From Eledone cirrhosa (Eukaryota), in the NCBI GenBank assembly GCA_964016885.1, contig OZ024741.1, forward strand, positions 249,364,001 through 249,428,000: a DNA stretch of 64,000 nucleotides, read 5' to 3'. A model generated the notes under the pieces. The model was not told where the DNA came from. It made no database searches and worked only from the letters and a program-made list of their open reading frames with translations. A program made the translations under genes and the position numbers. Shown one piece after another: positions 51,801 to 64,000 of the stretch. Numbering within the stretch: position 1 is the stretch's first letter; each line of letters opens with the position of its first letter.

Positions 51801-54800
51801 GTAAAAAAAATCAGGGGTAGATAATTTGTAAAAAAAAATCAGGGGGAGATAATTTGTAAAAAAAAAATCAGGGGGAGATAATTTGTAAAAAAATCAAGGG
51901 GAGATAATTTCCAACCGTCCAAGGGGAGATAATTTTCAGCCGTCCAAGGAGGTAATTTCTAGCCGTCCAAGGGGAGATAATTTCCAGCCGTCCAAGGGGA
52001 GATAATTTTTTTAAAAAAATCAGGCGGAGATAATTTGTAAACAAAAATCAGGGGGAGATAATTTGTAAAAAAAAATCAGGGGGAGATAATTTGTAAAAAA
52101 AATCAAGGGGAGATAATTTCCAGCTGTCCAAGGGGAGGTAATATCTAGCCATCCAAAGGGAGATAATTTCCAGCCGTCCAAGGGGAGATAATTTCCAGCC
52201 GTCCAAGGGGAGATAATATCCAGCCGTCCAAGGAGACATATTTTCCAGCCGTCCAAGGAGAGGTAATTTCTAGCCGTCCAAGGGGAGATAAGTTCCAGCC
52301 TCCAAGGGGAGATAATTTCCAGCCAGCCAAGGGGAGATAATTTGTAAAAAAATCAGGGGGAGATAATTTGTAAAAAAAAAATCAGGGGGAGATAATTTGT
52401 AAAAAAATCAGGGGGAGATAATTTGTAAAAAAAAAATCAGGGGGAGATAATTTGTAGAAAAAATCAGGGGTTGATAATTTGTAAAAAAAATCAGGGGGAG
52501 ATAATTTGTAAAAAAAATCAGGGGGAGATAATTTGTAAAAGAAATCAGGGGTAGATAATTTTCAGTCGTCCAAGGGGAGATAATTTCCATCCTTCCAAGG
52601 GGAGATAATTTCCAGCCGTCCAAGGGGAGATAATTTCCCGCCAGCCAAGGAGAGATAACATTTAAAAAAATCAGGCGGAGATAATTTGTAAAAAAAATCA
52701 GGGGGAGATAATTTGTAAAAAAATCAGGGGGAGATAATTTGTAAAAAAAATCAGGGGTAGATAATTTCCAGCCGTCCAAGGGGAGATAATTTCCATCCTT
52801 CCAAGGGGAGATAATTTCCAGCCGTCCAAGGGGAGATAATTTCCCGCCAGCCAAGGAGAGATAATATTTAAAAAAATCAGGCGGAGATAATTTGTAAAAA
52901 AAATCAGGGGGAGATAATTTGTAAAAAAATCAGGGGGAGATAATTTGTAAAAAAAAATCAGGGGGAGATAATTTGTAAAAAAAATCAGGGGGAGATAATT
53001 TGTAAAAAAAAATCAGGGGTAGATAATTTGTAAAAAAAAATCAGGGGGAGATAATTTGTAAAAAAAAATCAGGGGGAGATAATTTGTAAAAAAATCAAGG
53101 GGAGATAATTTCCAGCCGTCCAAGGGGAGATAATTTTCAGCCGTCCAAGGAGAGGTAATTTCTAGCCGTCCAAGGGGAGATAATTTCCAGCCGTCCAAGG
53201 GGAGATAATTTTTTTTAAAAAATCAGGCGGAGATAATTTGTAAACAAAAATCAGGGGGAGATAATTTGTAAAAAAAAATCAGGGGGAGATAATTTGTAAA
53301 AAAAAATCAGGGGGAGATAATTTGTAAAAAAAATCAAGGGGAGATAATTTCCAGCCGTCCAAGGGGAGGTAATATCTAGCCATCCAAGGGGAGATAATTT
53401 CCAGCCGTCCAAGGGGAGATAATTTCCAGCCGTCCAAGGGGAGATAATATCCAGCCGTCCAAGGAGACATATTTTCCAGCCGTCCAAGGAGAGGTAATTT
53501 CTAGCCGTCCAAGGGGAGATAAGTTCCAGCCTCCAAGGGGAGATAATTTCCAGCCAGCCAAGGGGAGATAATTTGTAAAAAAATCAGGGGGAGATAATTT
53601 GTAAAAAAAAAATCAGGGGGAGATAATTTGTAAAAAAATCAGGGGGAGATAATTTGTAAAAAAAAATCAGGGGGAGATAATTTGTAAAAAAAATCAGGGG
53701 GAGATAATTTGTAAAAAAAATCAGGGGTAGATAATTTGTAAAAAAAATCAGGGGGAGATAATTTGTAAAAAAAATCAGGGGGAGATAATTTGTAAAAAAA
53801 ATCAGGGGTAGATAATTTTCAGCCGTCCAAGGGGAGATAATTTCCATCCTTCCAAGGGGAGATAATTTCCAGCCGTCCAAGGGGAGATAATTTCCCGCCA
53901 GCCAAGGAGAGATAACATTTAAAAAAATCAGGCGGAGATAATTTGTAAAAAAAATCAGGGGGAGATAATTGTAAAAAAATCAGGGGGAGATAATTTGTAA
54001 AAAAAATCAGGGGTAGATAATTTCCAGCCGTCCAAGGGGAGATAATTTCCATCCTTCCAAGGGGAGATAATTTCCAGCCGTCCAAGGGGAGATAATTTCC
54101 CGCCAGCCAAGGAGAGATAATATTTAAAAAAATCAGGCGGAGATAATTTGTAAAAAAAATCAGGGGGAGATAATTTGTAAAAAAATCAGGGGGAGATAAT
54201 TTGTAAAAAAAAATCAGGGGGAGATAATTTGTAAAAAAAATCAGGGGGAGATAATTTGTAAAAAAAAATCAGGGGTAGATAATTTGTAAAAAAAAATCAG
54301 GGGGAGATAATTTGTAAAAAAATCAAGGGGAGATAATTTCCAGCCGTCCAAGGGGAGATAATTTTCAGCCGTCCAAGGAGAGGTAATTTCTAGCCGTCCA
54401 AGGGGAGATAATTTCCAGCCGTCCAAGGGGAGATAATTTTTTAAAAAAATCAGGCGGAGATAATTTGTAAACAAAAATCAGGGGGAGATAATTTGTAAAA
54501 AAAAATCAGGGGGAGATAATTTGTAAAAAAAAATCAGGGGGAGATAATTTGTAAAAAAAATCAAGGGGAGATAATTTCCAGCCGTCCAAGGGGAGGTAAT
54601 ATCTAGCCATCCAAGGGGAGATAATTTCCAGCCGTCCAAGGGGAGATAATTTCCAGCCGTCCAAGGGGAGATAATATCCAGCCGTCCAATGTGACATATT
54701 TTCCAGCCGTCCAAGGAGACGTAATTTCTAGCCGTCCAAGGGGAGATAAGTTCCAGCCTCCAAGGGGAGATAATTTCCAGCCAGCCAAGGGGAGATAATT

Positions 54801-57800
54801 TGTAAAAAAATCAGGGGGAGATAATTTGTAAAAAAAAATCAGGGGGAGATAATTTGTAAAAAAAATCAAGGGGAGATAATTTCCAGCCGTCCAAGGGGAG
54901 ATAATTTTCAGCCGTCCAAGGAGAGGTAAATTCTAGCCGTCCAAGGAGATATAATTTCCAGCCGTCCAAGGGGAGATAATTTCCAGCCGTCCAAGGGGAG
55001 ATAATTTTTAAAAAAAAATCAGGCGGAGATAATTTGTAAACAAAAATCAGGGGGAGATAATTTTTAAAAAAAAATCAGGGGGAGATAATTTGTAAAAAAA
55101 AATCAGGGGGAGATAATTTGTAAAAAAAATCAAGGGGAGATAATTTCCAGCCGTCCAAGGGGAGGTAATATCTAGCCATCCAAGGGGAGATAATTTCCAG
55201 CCGTCCAAGGGGAGATAATTTCCAGCCGTCCAAGGGGAGATAATATCCAGCCGTCCAAGGAGACATATTTTCCAGCCGTCCAAGGAGAGGTAATTTCTAG
55301 CCGTCCAAGGGGAGATAAGTTCCAGCCTCCAAGGGGAGATAATTTCCAGCCAGCCAAGGGGAGATAATTTGTAAAAAAATCAGGGGGGAGATAATTTGTA
55401 AAAAAAATCAGGGGGAGATAATTTGAAAAAAAAATCAGGGGGAGATAATTTGTAAAAAATATCAAGGGGAGATAATTTCCAGCCCTCCAAGGGGCTATAA
55501 TTTCCAGCCGTGCAAGGGGAGATAATTTCCAGCCGTCCAAGGGGAGATAATTTCCATCCTTCCAAGGGGAGATAATTTCCAGCCGTCCAAGGGGAGATAA
55601 TTTCCCGCCAGCCAAGGGAAGATAATTTTTTAAAAAATCAGGCGGAGATTGTAAAAAAAATCAGGGGGAGATAATTTGTAAAAAAATCAGGGGGAGATAA
55701 TTTGTAAAAAAAAATCAGGGGGAGATAATTTGTAAAAAAAAATCAGGGGGAGATAATTTGTAAAAAAAATCAGGGGGAGATAATTTGTAAAAAAAATCAG
55801 GGGTAGATAATTTGTAAAAAAAATCAGGGGGAGATAATTTGTAAAAAAAATCAGGGGGAGATAATTTGTAAAAAAAATCAGGGGTAGATAATTTTCAGCC
55901 GTCCAAGGGGAGATAATTTCCATCCTTCCAAGGGGAGATAATTTCCAGCCGTCCAAGGGGAGATAATTTCCCGCCAGCCAAGGAGAGATAACATTTAAAA
56001 AAATCAGGCGGAGATAATTTGTAAAAAAATCAGGGGGAGATAATTTGTAAAAAAAAATCAGGGGTAGATAATTTCCAGCCGTCCAAGGGGAGATAATTTC
56101 CATCCTTCCAAGGGGAGATAATTTCCAGCCGTCCAAGGGGAGATAATTTCCCGCCAGCCAAGGAGAGATAATATTTAAAAAAATCAGGCGGAGATAATTT
56201 GTAAAAAAAATCAGGGGGAGATAATTTGTAAAAAAATCAGGGGGAGATAATTTGTAAAAAAAAATCAGGGGGAGATAATTTGTAAAAAAAAATCAGGGGG
56301 AGATAATTTGTAAAAAAAAATCAGGGGTAGATAATTTGTAAAAAAAAATCAGGGTGAGATAATTTGTAAAAGAAAAATCAGGGGGAGATAATTTGTAAAA
56401 AAATCAAGGGGAGATAATTTCCAGCCGTCCAAGGGGAGATAATTTTCAGCCGTCCAAGGAGAGGTAATTTCTAGCCGTCCAAGGGGAGATAATTTCCAGC
56501 CGTCCAAGGGGAGATAATTTTTTTAAAAAAATCAGGCGGAGATAATTTGTAAACAAAAATCAGGGGGAGATAATTTGTAAAAAAAAATCAGGGGGAGATA
56601 ATTTGTAAAAAAAAATCAGGGGGAGATAATTTGTAAAAAAAATCAAGGGGAGATAATTTGTCAAAAAAAATCAGGGGTAGATAATTTGTAAAAAAAAATC
56701 AGGGGGAGATAATTTGTAAAAAAAAAATCAGGGGGAGATAATTTGTAAAAAAATCAAGGGGAGATAATTTCCAGCCGTCCAAGGGGAGATAATTTTCAGC
56801 CGTCCAAGGAGAGGTAATTTCTAGCCGTCCAAGGGGAGATAATTTCCAGCCAGCCAAGGGGAGATAATTTGTAAAAAAATCAGGGGTAGATAATTTGTAA
56901 AAAAAAATCAGGGGGAGATAATTTGTAAAAAAAATCAGGGGGAGATAATTTGTAAAAAAAATCAGGGGTAGATAATTTCCAGCCGTCCAAGGGGAGATAA
57001 TTTCCATCCTTCCAAGGGGAGATAATTTCCAGCCGTCCAAGGGGAGATAATTTCCCGCCAGCCAAGGAGAGATAACATTTAAAAAAATCAGGCGGAGATA
57101 ATTTGTAAAAAAAATCAGGGGGAGATAATTTGTAAAAAAATCAGGGGGAGATAATTTGTAAAAAAAATCAGGGGTAGATAATTTCCAGCCGTCCAAGGGG
57201 AGATAATTTCCATCCTTCCAAGGGGAGATAATTTCCAGCCGTCCAAGGGGAGATAATTTCCCGCCAGCCAAGGGAAGATAATTTTTTAAAAAATCAGGCG
57301 GAGATTGTAAAAAAAATCAGGGGGAGATAATTTGTAAAAAAATCAGGGGGAGATAATTTGTAAAAAAAAAATCAGGGGGAGATAATTTGTAAAAAAAAAT
57401 CAGGGGGAGATAATTTGTAAAAAAAATCAGGGGGAGATAATTTGTAAAAAAAATCAGGGGTAGATAATTTGTAAAAAAATCAGGGGGAGATAATTTGTAA
57501 AAAAAATCAGGGGGAGATAATTTGTAAAAAAAATCAGGGGTAGATAATTTTCAGCCGTCCAAGGGGAGATAATTTCCATCCTTCCAAGGGGAGATAATTT
57601 CCAGCCGTCCAAGGGGAGATAATTTCCCGCCAGCCAAGGAGAGATAACATTTAAAAAAATCAGGCGGAGATAATTTGTAAAAAAATCAGGGGGAGATAAT
57701 TTGTAAAAAAAAATCAGGGGTAGATAATTTCCAGCCGTCCAAGGGGAGATAATTTCCATCCTTCCAAGGGGAGATAATTTCCAGCCGTCCAAGGGGAGAT

Positions 57801-60800
57801 AATTTCCCGCCAGCCAAGGAGAGATAATATTTAAAAAAATCAGGCGGAGATAATTTGTAAAAAAAATCAGGGGGAGATAATTTGTAAAAAAATCAGGGGG
57901 AGATAATTTGTAAAAAAAAATCAGGGGGAGATAATTTGTAAAAAAAAATCAGGGGGAGATAATTTGTAAAAAAAAATCAGGGGTAGATAATTTGTAAAAA
58001 AAAATCAGGGTGAGATAATTTGTAAAAGAAAAATCAGGGGGAGATAATTTGTAAAAAAATCAAGGGGAGATAATTTCCAGCCGTCCAAGGGGAGATAATT
58101 TTCAGCCGTCCAAGGAGAGGTAATTTCTAGCCGTCCAAGGGGAGATAATTTCCAGCCGTCCAAGGGGAGATAATTTTTTTAAAAAAATCAGGCGGAGATA
58201 ATTTGTAAACAAAAATCAGGGGGAGATAATTTGTAAAAAAAAATCAGGGGGAGATAATTTGTAAAAAAAAATCAGGGGGAGATAATTTGTAAAAAAAATC
58301 AAGGGGAGATAATTTGTCAAAAAAAATCAGGGGTAGATAATTTGTAAAAAAAAATCAGGGGGAGATAATTTGTAAAAAAAAAATCAGGGGGAGATAATTT
58401 GTAAAAAAATCAAGGGGAGATAATTTCCAGCCGTCCAAGGGGAGATAATTTTCAGCCGTCCAAGGAGAGGTAATTTCTAGCCGTCCAAGGGGAGATAATT
58501 TCCAGCCAGCCAAGGGGAGATAATTTGTAAAAAAATCAGGGGTAGATAATTTGTAAAAAAAAATCAGGGGGAGATAATTTGTAAAAAAAATCAGGGGGAG
58601 ATAATTTGTAAAAAAAATCAGGGGTAGATAATTTCCAGCCGTCCAAGGGGAGATAATTTCCATCCTTCCAAGGGGAGATAATTTCCAGCCGTCCAAGGGG
58701 AGATAATTTCCCGCCAGCCAAGGAGAGATAACATTTAAAAAAATCAGGCGGAGATAATTTGTAAAAAAAATCAGGGGGAGATAATTTGTAAAAAAATCAG
58801 GGGGAGATAATTTGTAAAAAAAATCAGGGGTAGATAATTTCCAGCCGTCCAAGGGGAGATAATTTCCATCCTTCCAAGGGGAGATAATTTCCAGCCGTCC
58901 AAGGGGAGATAATTTCCCGCCAGCCAAGGAGAGATAATATTTAAAAAAATCAGGCGGAGATAATTTGTAAAAAAAATCAGGGGGAGATAATTTGTAAAAA
59001 AATCAGGGGGAGATAATTTGTAAAAAAAAATCAGGGGAGATAATTTGTAAAAAAAATCAGGGGGAGATAATTTGTAAAAAAAAATCAGGGGTAGATAATT
59101 TGTAAAAAAAAATCAGGGGGAGATAATTTGTAAAAAAAAAATCAGGGGGAGATAATTTGTAAAAAAATCAAGGGCAGATAATTTCCAGCCGTCCAAGGGG
59201 AGATAATTTTCAGCCGTCCAAGGAGGTAATTTCTAGCCGTCCAAGGGGAGATAATTTCCAGCCGTCCAAGGGGAGATAATTTTTTTAAAAAAATCAGGCG
59301 GAGATAATTTGTAAACAAAAATCAGGGGGAGATAATTTGTAAAAAAAAATCAGGGGGAGATAATTTGTAAAAAAAAATCAGGGGGAGATAATTTGTAAAA
59401 AAAATCAAGGGGAGATAATTTCCAGCCGTCCAAGGGGAGGTAATATCTAGCCATCCAAGGGGAGATAATTTCCAGCCGTCCAAGGGGAGATAATTTCCAG
59501 CCGTCCAAGGGGAGATAATATCCAGCCGTCCAAGGAGACATATTTTCCAGCCGTCCAAGGAGAGGTAATTTCTAGCCGTCCAAGGGGAGATAAGTTCCAG
59601 CCTCCAAGGGGAGATAATTTCCAGCCAGCCAAGGGGAGATAATTTGTAAAAAAATCAGGGGGAGATAATTTGTAAAAAAAAAATCAGGGGCAGATAATTT
59701 GTAAAAAAATCAGGGGGAGATAATTTGTAAAAAAAATCAGGGGGAGATAATTTGTAGAAAAAATCAGGGGTAGATAATTTGTAAAAAAAATCAGGGGGAG
59801 ATAATTTGTAAAAAAATCAGGGGGAGATAATTTGTAAAAAAAATCAGGGGTAGATAATTTTCAGCCGTCCAAGGGGAGATAATTTCCATCCTTCCAAGGG
59901 GAGATAATTTCCAGCCGTCCAAGGGGAGATAATTTCCCGCCAGCCAAGGAGAGATAACATTTAAAAAAATCAGGCGGAGATAATTTGTAAAAAAAATCAG
60001 GGGGAGATAATTTGTAAAAAAATCAGGGGGAGATAATTTGTAAAAAAAATCAGGGGTAGATAATTTCCAGCCGTCCCAGGGGAGATAATTTCCATCCTTC
60101 CAAGGGGAGATAATTTCCAGCCGTCCAAGGGGAGATAATTTCCCGCCAGCCAAGGAGAGATAATATTTAAAAAAATCAGGCGGAGATAATTTGTAAAAAA
60201 AATCAGGTGGAGATAATTTGTAAAAAAATCAGGGGGAGATAATTTGTAAAAAAAAATCAGGGGGAGATAATTTGTAAAAAAAATCAGGGGGAGATAATTT
60301 GTAAAAAAAATCAGGGGTAGATAATTTGTAAAAAAAAATCAGGGGGAGATAATTTGTAAAAAAAAAATCAGGGGGAGATAATTTGTAAAAAAATCAAGGG
60401 GAGATAATTTCCAGCCGTCCAAGGGGAGATAATTTTCAGCCGTCCAAGGAGAGGTAATTTCTAGCCGTCCAAGGGGAGATAATTTCCAGCCGTCCAAGGG
60501 GAGATAATTTTTTTAAAAAAATCAGGCGGAGATAATTTGTAAACAAAAATCAGGGGGAGATAATTTGTAAAAAAAAATCAGGGGGAGATAATTTGTAAAA
60601 AAAAATCAGGGGGAGATAATTTGTAAAAAAAATCAAGGGGAGATAATTTCCAGCCGTCCAAGGGGAGGTAATATCTAGCCATCCAAGGGGAGATAATTTC
60701 CAGCCGTCCAAGGGGAGATATTTTCCAGCCGTCCAAGGAGAGGTAATTTCTAGCCGTCCAAGGGGAGATAAGTTCCTGCCTCCAAGGGGAGATAATTTCC

Positions 60801-63800
60801 AGCCAGCCAAGGGGAGATAATTTGTAAAAAAATCAGGGGGAGATAATTTGTAAAAAAAAAATCAGGGGGAGATAATTTGTAAAAAAATCAGGGGGAGATA
60901 ATTTGTAAAAAAAATCAGGGGTAGATAATTTGTAAAAAAAATCAGGGGGAGATAATTTGTAAAAAAAAATCAGGGGGAGATAATTTGTAAAAAAAAATCA
61001 GGGGGAGATAATTTGTAAAAAAAATCAAGGGGAGATAATTTCCAGCCGTCCAAGGGGAGGTAATATCTAGCCATCCAAGGGGAGATAATTTCCAGCCGTC
61101 CAAGGGGAGATAATTTCCAGCCGTCCAAGGGGAGATAATATCCAGCCGTCCAAGGAGACATATTTTCCAGCCGTCCAAGGAGACGTAATTTCTAGCCGTC
61201 CAAGGGGAGATAAGTTCCAGCCTCCAAGGGGAGATAATTTCCAGCCAGCCAAGGGGAGATAATTTGTAAAAAAATTAGGGGGAGATAATTTGTAAAAAAA
61301 AATTAGGGGGAGATAATTTGTAAAAAAAAATCAGGGGGAGATAATTTGTAAAAAAAAATCAGGGGGAGATAATTTGTAAAAAAAAATCAGGGGGAGATAA
61401 TTTGTAAAAAAAAAATCAGGGGGAGATAATTTGTAAAAAAATCAAGGGGAGATAATTTCCAGCCGTCCAAGGGGAGATAATTTTAAGCCGTCCAAGGAGA
61501 GGTAATTTCTAGCCGTTCAAGGGGAGATAATTTCCAGCCAGCCAAGGGGAGATAATTTGTAAAAAAATCAGGGGTAGATAATTTGTAAAAAAAAATCAGG
61601 GGGAGATAATTTGTAAAAAAAATCAGGGGGAGATAATTTGTAAAAAAAATCAGGGGTAGATAATTTCCAGCCGTCCAAGGGGAGATAATTTCCATCCTTC
61701 CAAGGGGAGATAATTTCCAGCCGTCCAAGGGGAGATAATTTCCCGCCAGCCAAGGAGAGATAACATTTAAAAAAATCAGGCGGAGATAATTTGTAAAAAA
61801 AATCAGGGGGAGATAATTTGTAAAAAAATCAGGGGGAGATAATTTGTAAAAAAAATCAGGGGTAGATAATTTCCAGCCGTCCAAGGGGAGATAATTTCCA
61901 TCCTTCCAAGGGGAGATAATTTCCAGCCGTCCAAGGGGAGATAATTTCCCGCCAGCCAAGGAGAGATAATATTTAAAAAAATCAGGCGGAGATAATTTGT
62001 AAAAAAAATCAGGGGGAGATAATTTGTAAAAAAATCAGGGGGAGATAATTTGTAAAAAAAAATCAGGGGAGATAATTTGTAAAAAAAATCAGGAGGTGAT
62101 AATTTGTAAAAAAAATCAGGGGTAGATAATTTGTAAAAAAAAATCAGGGGGAGATAATTTGTAAAAAAAAAATCAGGGGGAGATAATTTGTAAAAAAATC
62201 AAGGGGAGATAATTTCCAACCGTCCAAGGGGAGATAATTTTCAGCCGTCCAAGGAGGTAATTTCTAGCCGTCCAAGGGGAGATAATTTCCAGCCGTCCAA
62301 GGGGAGATAATTTTTTTAAAAAAATCAGGCGGAGATAATTTGTAAACAAAAATCAGGGGGAGATAATTTGTAAAAAAAAATCAGGGGGAGATAATTTGTA
62401 AAAAAAATCAAGGGGAGATAATTTCCAGCCGTCCAAGGGGAGGTAATATCTAGCCATCCAAAGGGAGATAATTTCCAGCCGTCCAAGGGGAGATAATTTC
62501 CAGCCGTCCAAGGGGAGATAATATCCAGCCGTCCAAGGAGACATATTTTCCAGCCGTCCAAGGAGAGGTAATTTCTAGCCGTCCAAGGGGAGATAAGTTC
62601 CAGCCTCCAAGGGGAGATAATTTCCAGCCAGCCAAGGGGAGATAATTTGTAAAAAAATCAGGGGGAGATAATTTGTAAAAAAAAAATCAGGGGGAGATAA
62701 TTTGTAAAAAAATCAGGGGGAGATAATTTGTAAAAAAAAAATCAGGGGGAGATAATTTGTAGAAAAAATCAGGGGTTGATAATTTGTAAAAAAAATCAGG
62801 GGGAGATAATTTGTAAAAAAAATCAGGGGGAGATAATTTGTAAAAGAAATCAGGGGTAGATAATTTTCAGTCGTCCAAGGGGAGATAATTTCCATCCTTC
62901 CAAGGGGAGATAATTTCCAGCCGTCCAAGGGGAGATAATTTCCCGCCAGCCAAGGAGAGATAACATTTAAAAAAATCAGGCGGAGATAATTTGTAAAAAA
63001 TATCAGGGGGAGATAATTTGTAAAAAAATCAGGGGGAGATAATTTGTAAAAAAAATCAGGGGTAGATAATTTCCAGCCGTCCAAGGGGAGATAATTTCCA
63101 TCCTTCCAAGGGGAGATAATTTCCAGCCGTCCAAGGGGAGATAATTTCCCGCCAGCCAAGGAGAGATAATATTTAAAAAAATCAGGCGGAGATAATTTGT
63201 AAAAAAAATCAGGGGGAGATAATTTGTAAAAAAATCAGGGGGAGATAATTTGTAAAAAAAAATCAGGGGGAGATAATTTGTAAAAAAAATCAGGGGGAGA
63301 TAATTTGTAAAAAAAATCAGGGGTAGATAATTTGTAAAAAAAAATCAGGGGGAGATAATTTGTAAAAAAAAATCAGGGGGAGATAATTTGTAAAAAAATC
63401 AAGGGGAGATAATTTCCAGCCGTCCAAGGGGAGATAATTTTCAGCCGTCCAAGGAGAGGTAATTTCTAGCCGTCCAAGGGGAGATAATTTCCAGCCGTCC
63501 AAGGGGAGATAATTTTTTTAAAAAAATCAGGCGGAGATAATTTGTAAACAAAAATCAGGGGGAGATAATTTGTAAAAAAAAATCAGGGGGAGATAATTTG
63601 TAAAAAAAATCAGGGGGAGATAATTTGTAAAAAAAATCAAGGGGAGATAATTTCCAGCCGTCCAAGGGGAGGTAATATCTAGCCATCCAAGGGGAGATAA
63701 TTTCCAGCCGTCCAAGGGGAGATAATTTCCAGCCGTCCAAGGGGAGATAATATCCAGCCGTCCAAGGAGACATATTTTCCAGCCGTCCAAGGAGAGGTAA

Positions 63801-64000
63801 TTTCTAGCCGTCCAAGGGGAGATAAGTTCCAGCCTCCAAGGGAAGATAATTTCCAGCCAGCCAAGGGGAGATAATTTGTAAAAAAATCAGGGGGAGATAA
63901 TTTGTAAAAAAAAAATCAGGGGGAGATAATTTGTAAAAAAATCAGGGGGAGATAATTTGTAAAAAAAAATCAGGGGGAGATAATTTGTAAAAAAAATCAG
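39870..64000 (+). repeat. Near-identical second copy of ~3.83-27.2 kb (offset 36.0-37.9 kb, stepping with indels)
   Basis: Offsets are 36040 (5237/41277), 37891 (7451/45342), 37863-37865 (11216/49080, 16613/54478, 22687/60550), 37103 (23839/60942) and 36754 (24729/61483). Pair-specific markers: GTCCTAGG (~4499/40540), AAAAATAAATC (~7710/45601), CAGCTGTC (~14260/52125), GTTCAAGG (24761/61515). Confidence 0.9.
41640..45341 (+). repeat. Tandem duplication of a 1,851-bp unit
   Basis: Pairs 41640/43491, 42504/44355 and 43366/45217 differ by 1851. This accounts exactly for the offset step from 36040 to 37891. Confidence 0.87.

Larger units (their letters stand above)
1..64000 (+). repeat. Composite two-monomer tandem satellite array with higher-order structure; runs off both window edges
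   Basis: The core CARGGGGAGATAATTT or a close variant recurs every 25-29 bp from base 1 to 64000, always in the same orientation. I saw no non-repeat interruption. Confidence 0.98.

Noticed and set aside
591-63864. Roughly 190 minus-strand ORFs of 61-244 aa (TNYLPLIFF, DGWKLSPLGRLEIISPW repeats)
   Set aside because: They are translations of the monomers in overlapping frames. Unit lengths of 25, 26, 28 and 29 bp shift frame constantly, most starts are non-ATG, and no domain is recognisable. The + strand is closed by TAA in nearly every unit.
1-64000. CRISPR-like layout (constant core plus variable filler)
   Set aside because: Fillers are only 9-13 bp and fall into two recurrent classes rather than unique spacers. 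The core is 16 bp, and there is no leader or cas gene.
1-64000. Pure sequencing or amplification artefact (concatemer) or synthetic DNA
   Set aside because: Position-specific variants, stable A-tract lengths and nested, orderable duplications fit an evolved array. Local misassembly of individual duplications remains possible.
1-64000. Plasmid or phage iteron array, or herpesvirus-type terminal repeats
   Set aside because: The scale (at least 64 kb with no rep or other gene) far exceeds typical iteron clusters, and nothing in the sequence supports a viral assignment.

Overview
All 64 kb is one uninterrupted, single-orientation tandem (satellite-type) array of about 2,450 short monomers (64,000 / ~26 bp). 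I find no credible genes, RNA genes, transposons or unique sequence. Every monomer has a 16-bp core, CARGGGGAGATAATTT, followed by one of two fillers: type A, GT-A(7-10)-T (26-29 bp, typically 27, ~30% GC), or type B, CCAGCCGTC (25 bp, ~52% GC). Runs of A and B alternate in ordered modules that carry position-specific variants. These build a ~1.23-kb, 47-monomer higher-order repeat (A9-B4-A4-B4-A8-B4-A5-B9) and a ~2.03-kb extended form. Above that are nested duplications at offsets of about 1.66, 1.85, 2.5, 3.6, 11.4, 14.6, 19.9 and 36-38 kb. The ORFs in the track are translations of the repeat. The organisation resembles eukaryotic centromeric or pericentromeric higher-order satellite, but organism and function cannot be established from the sequence. 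The interesting signal is the repeat architecture, not a protein-coding system. Offsets were read by hand from diagnostic variants and ORF-track coordinates, so breakpoints are approximate.
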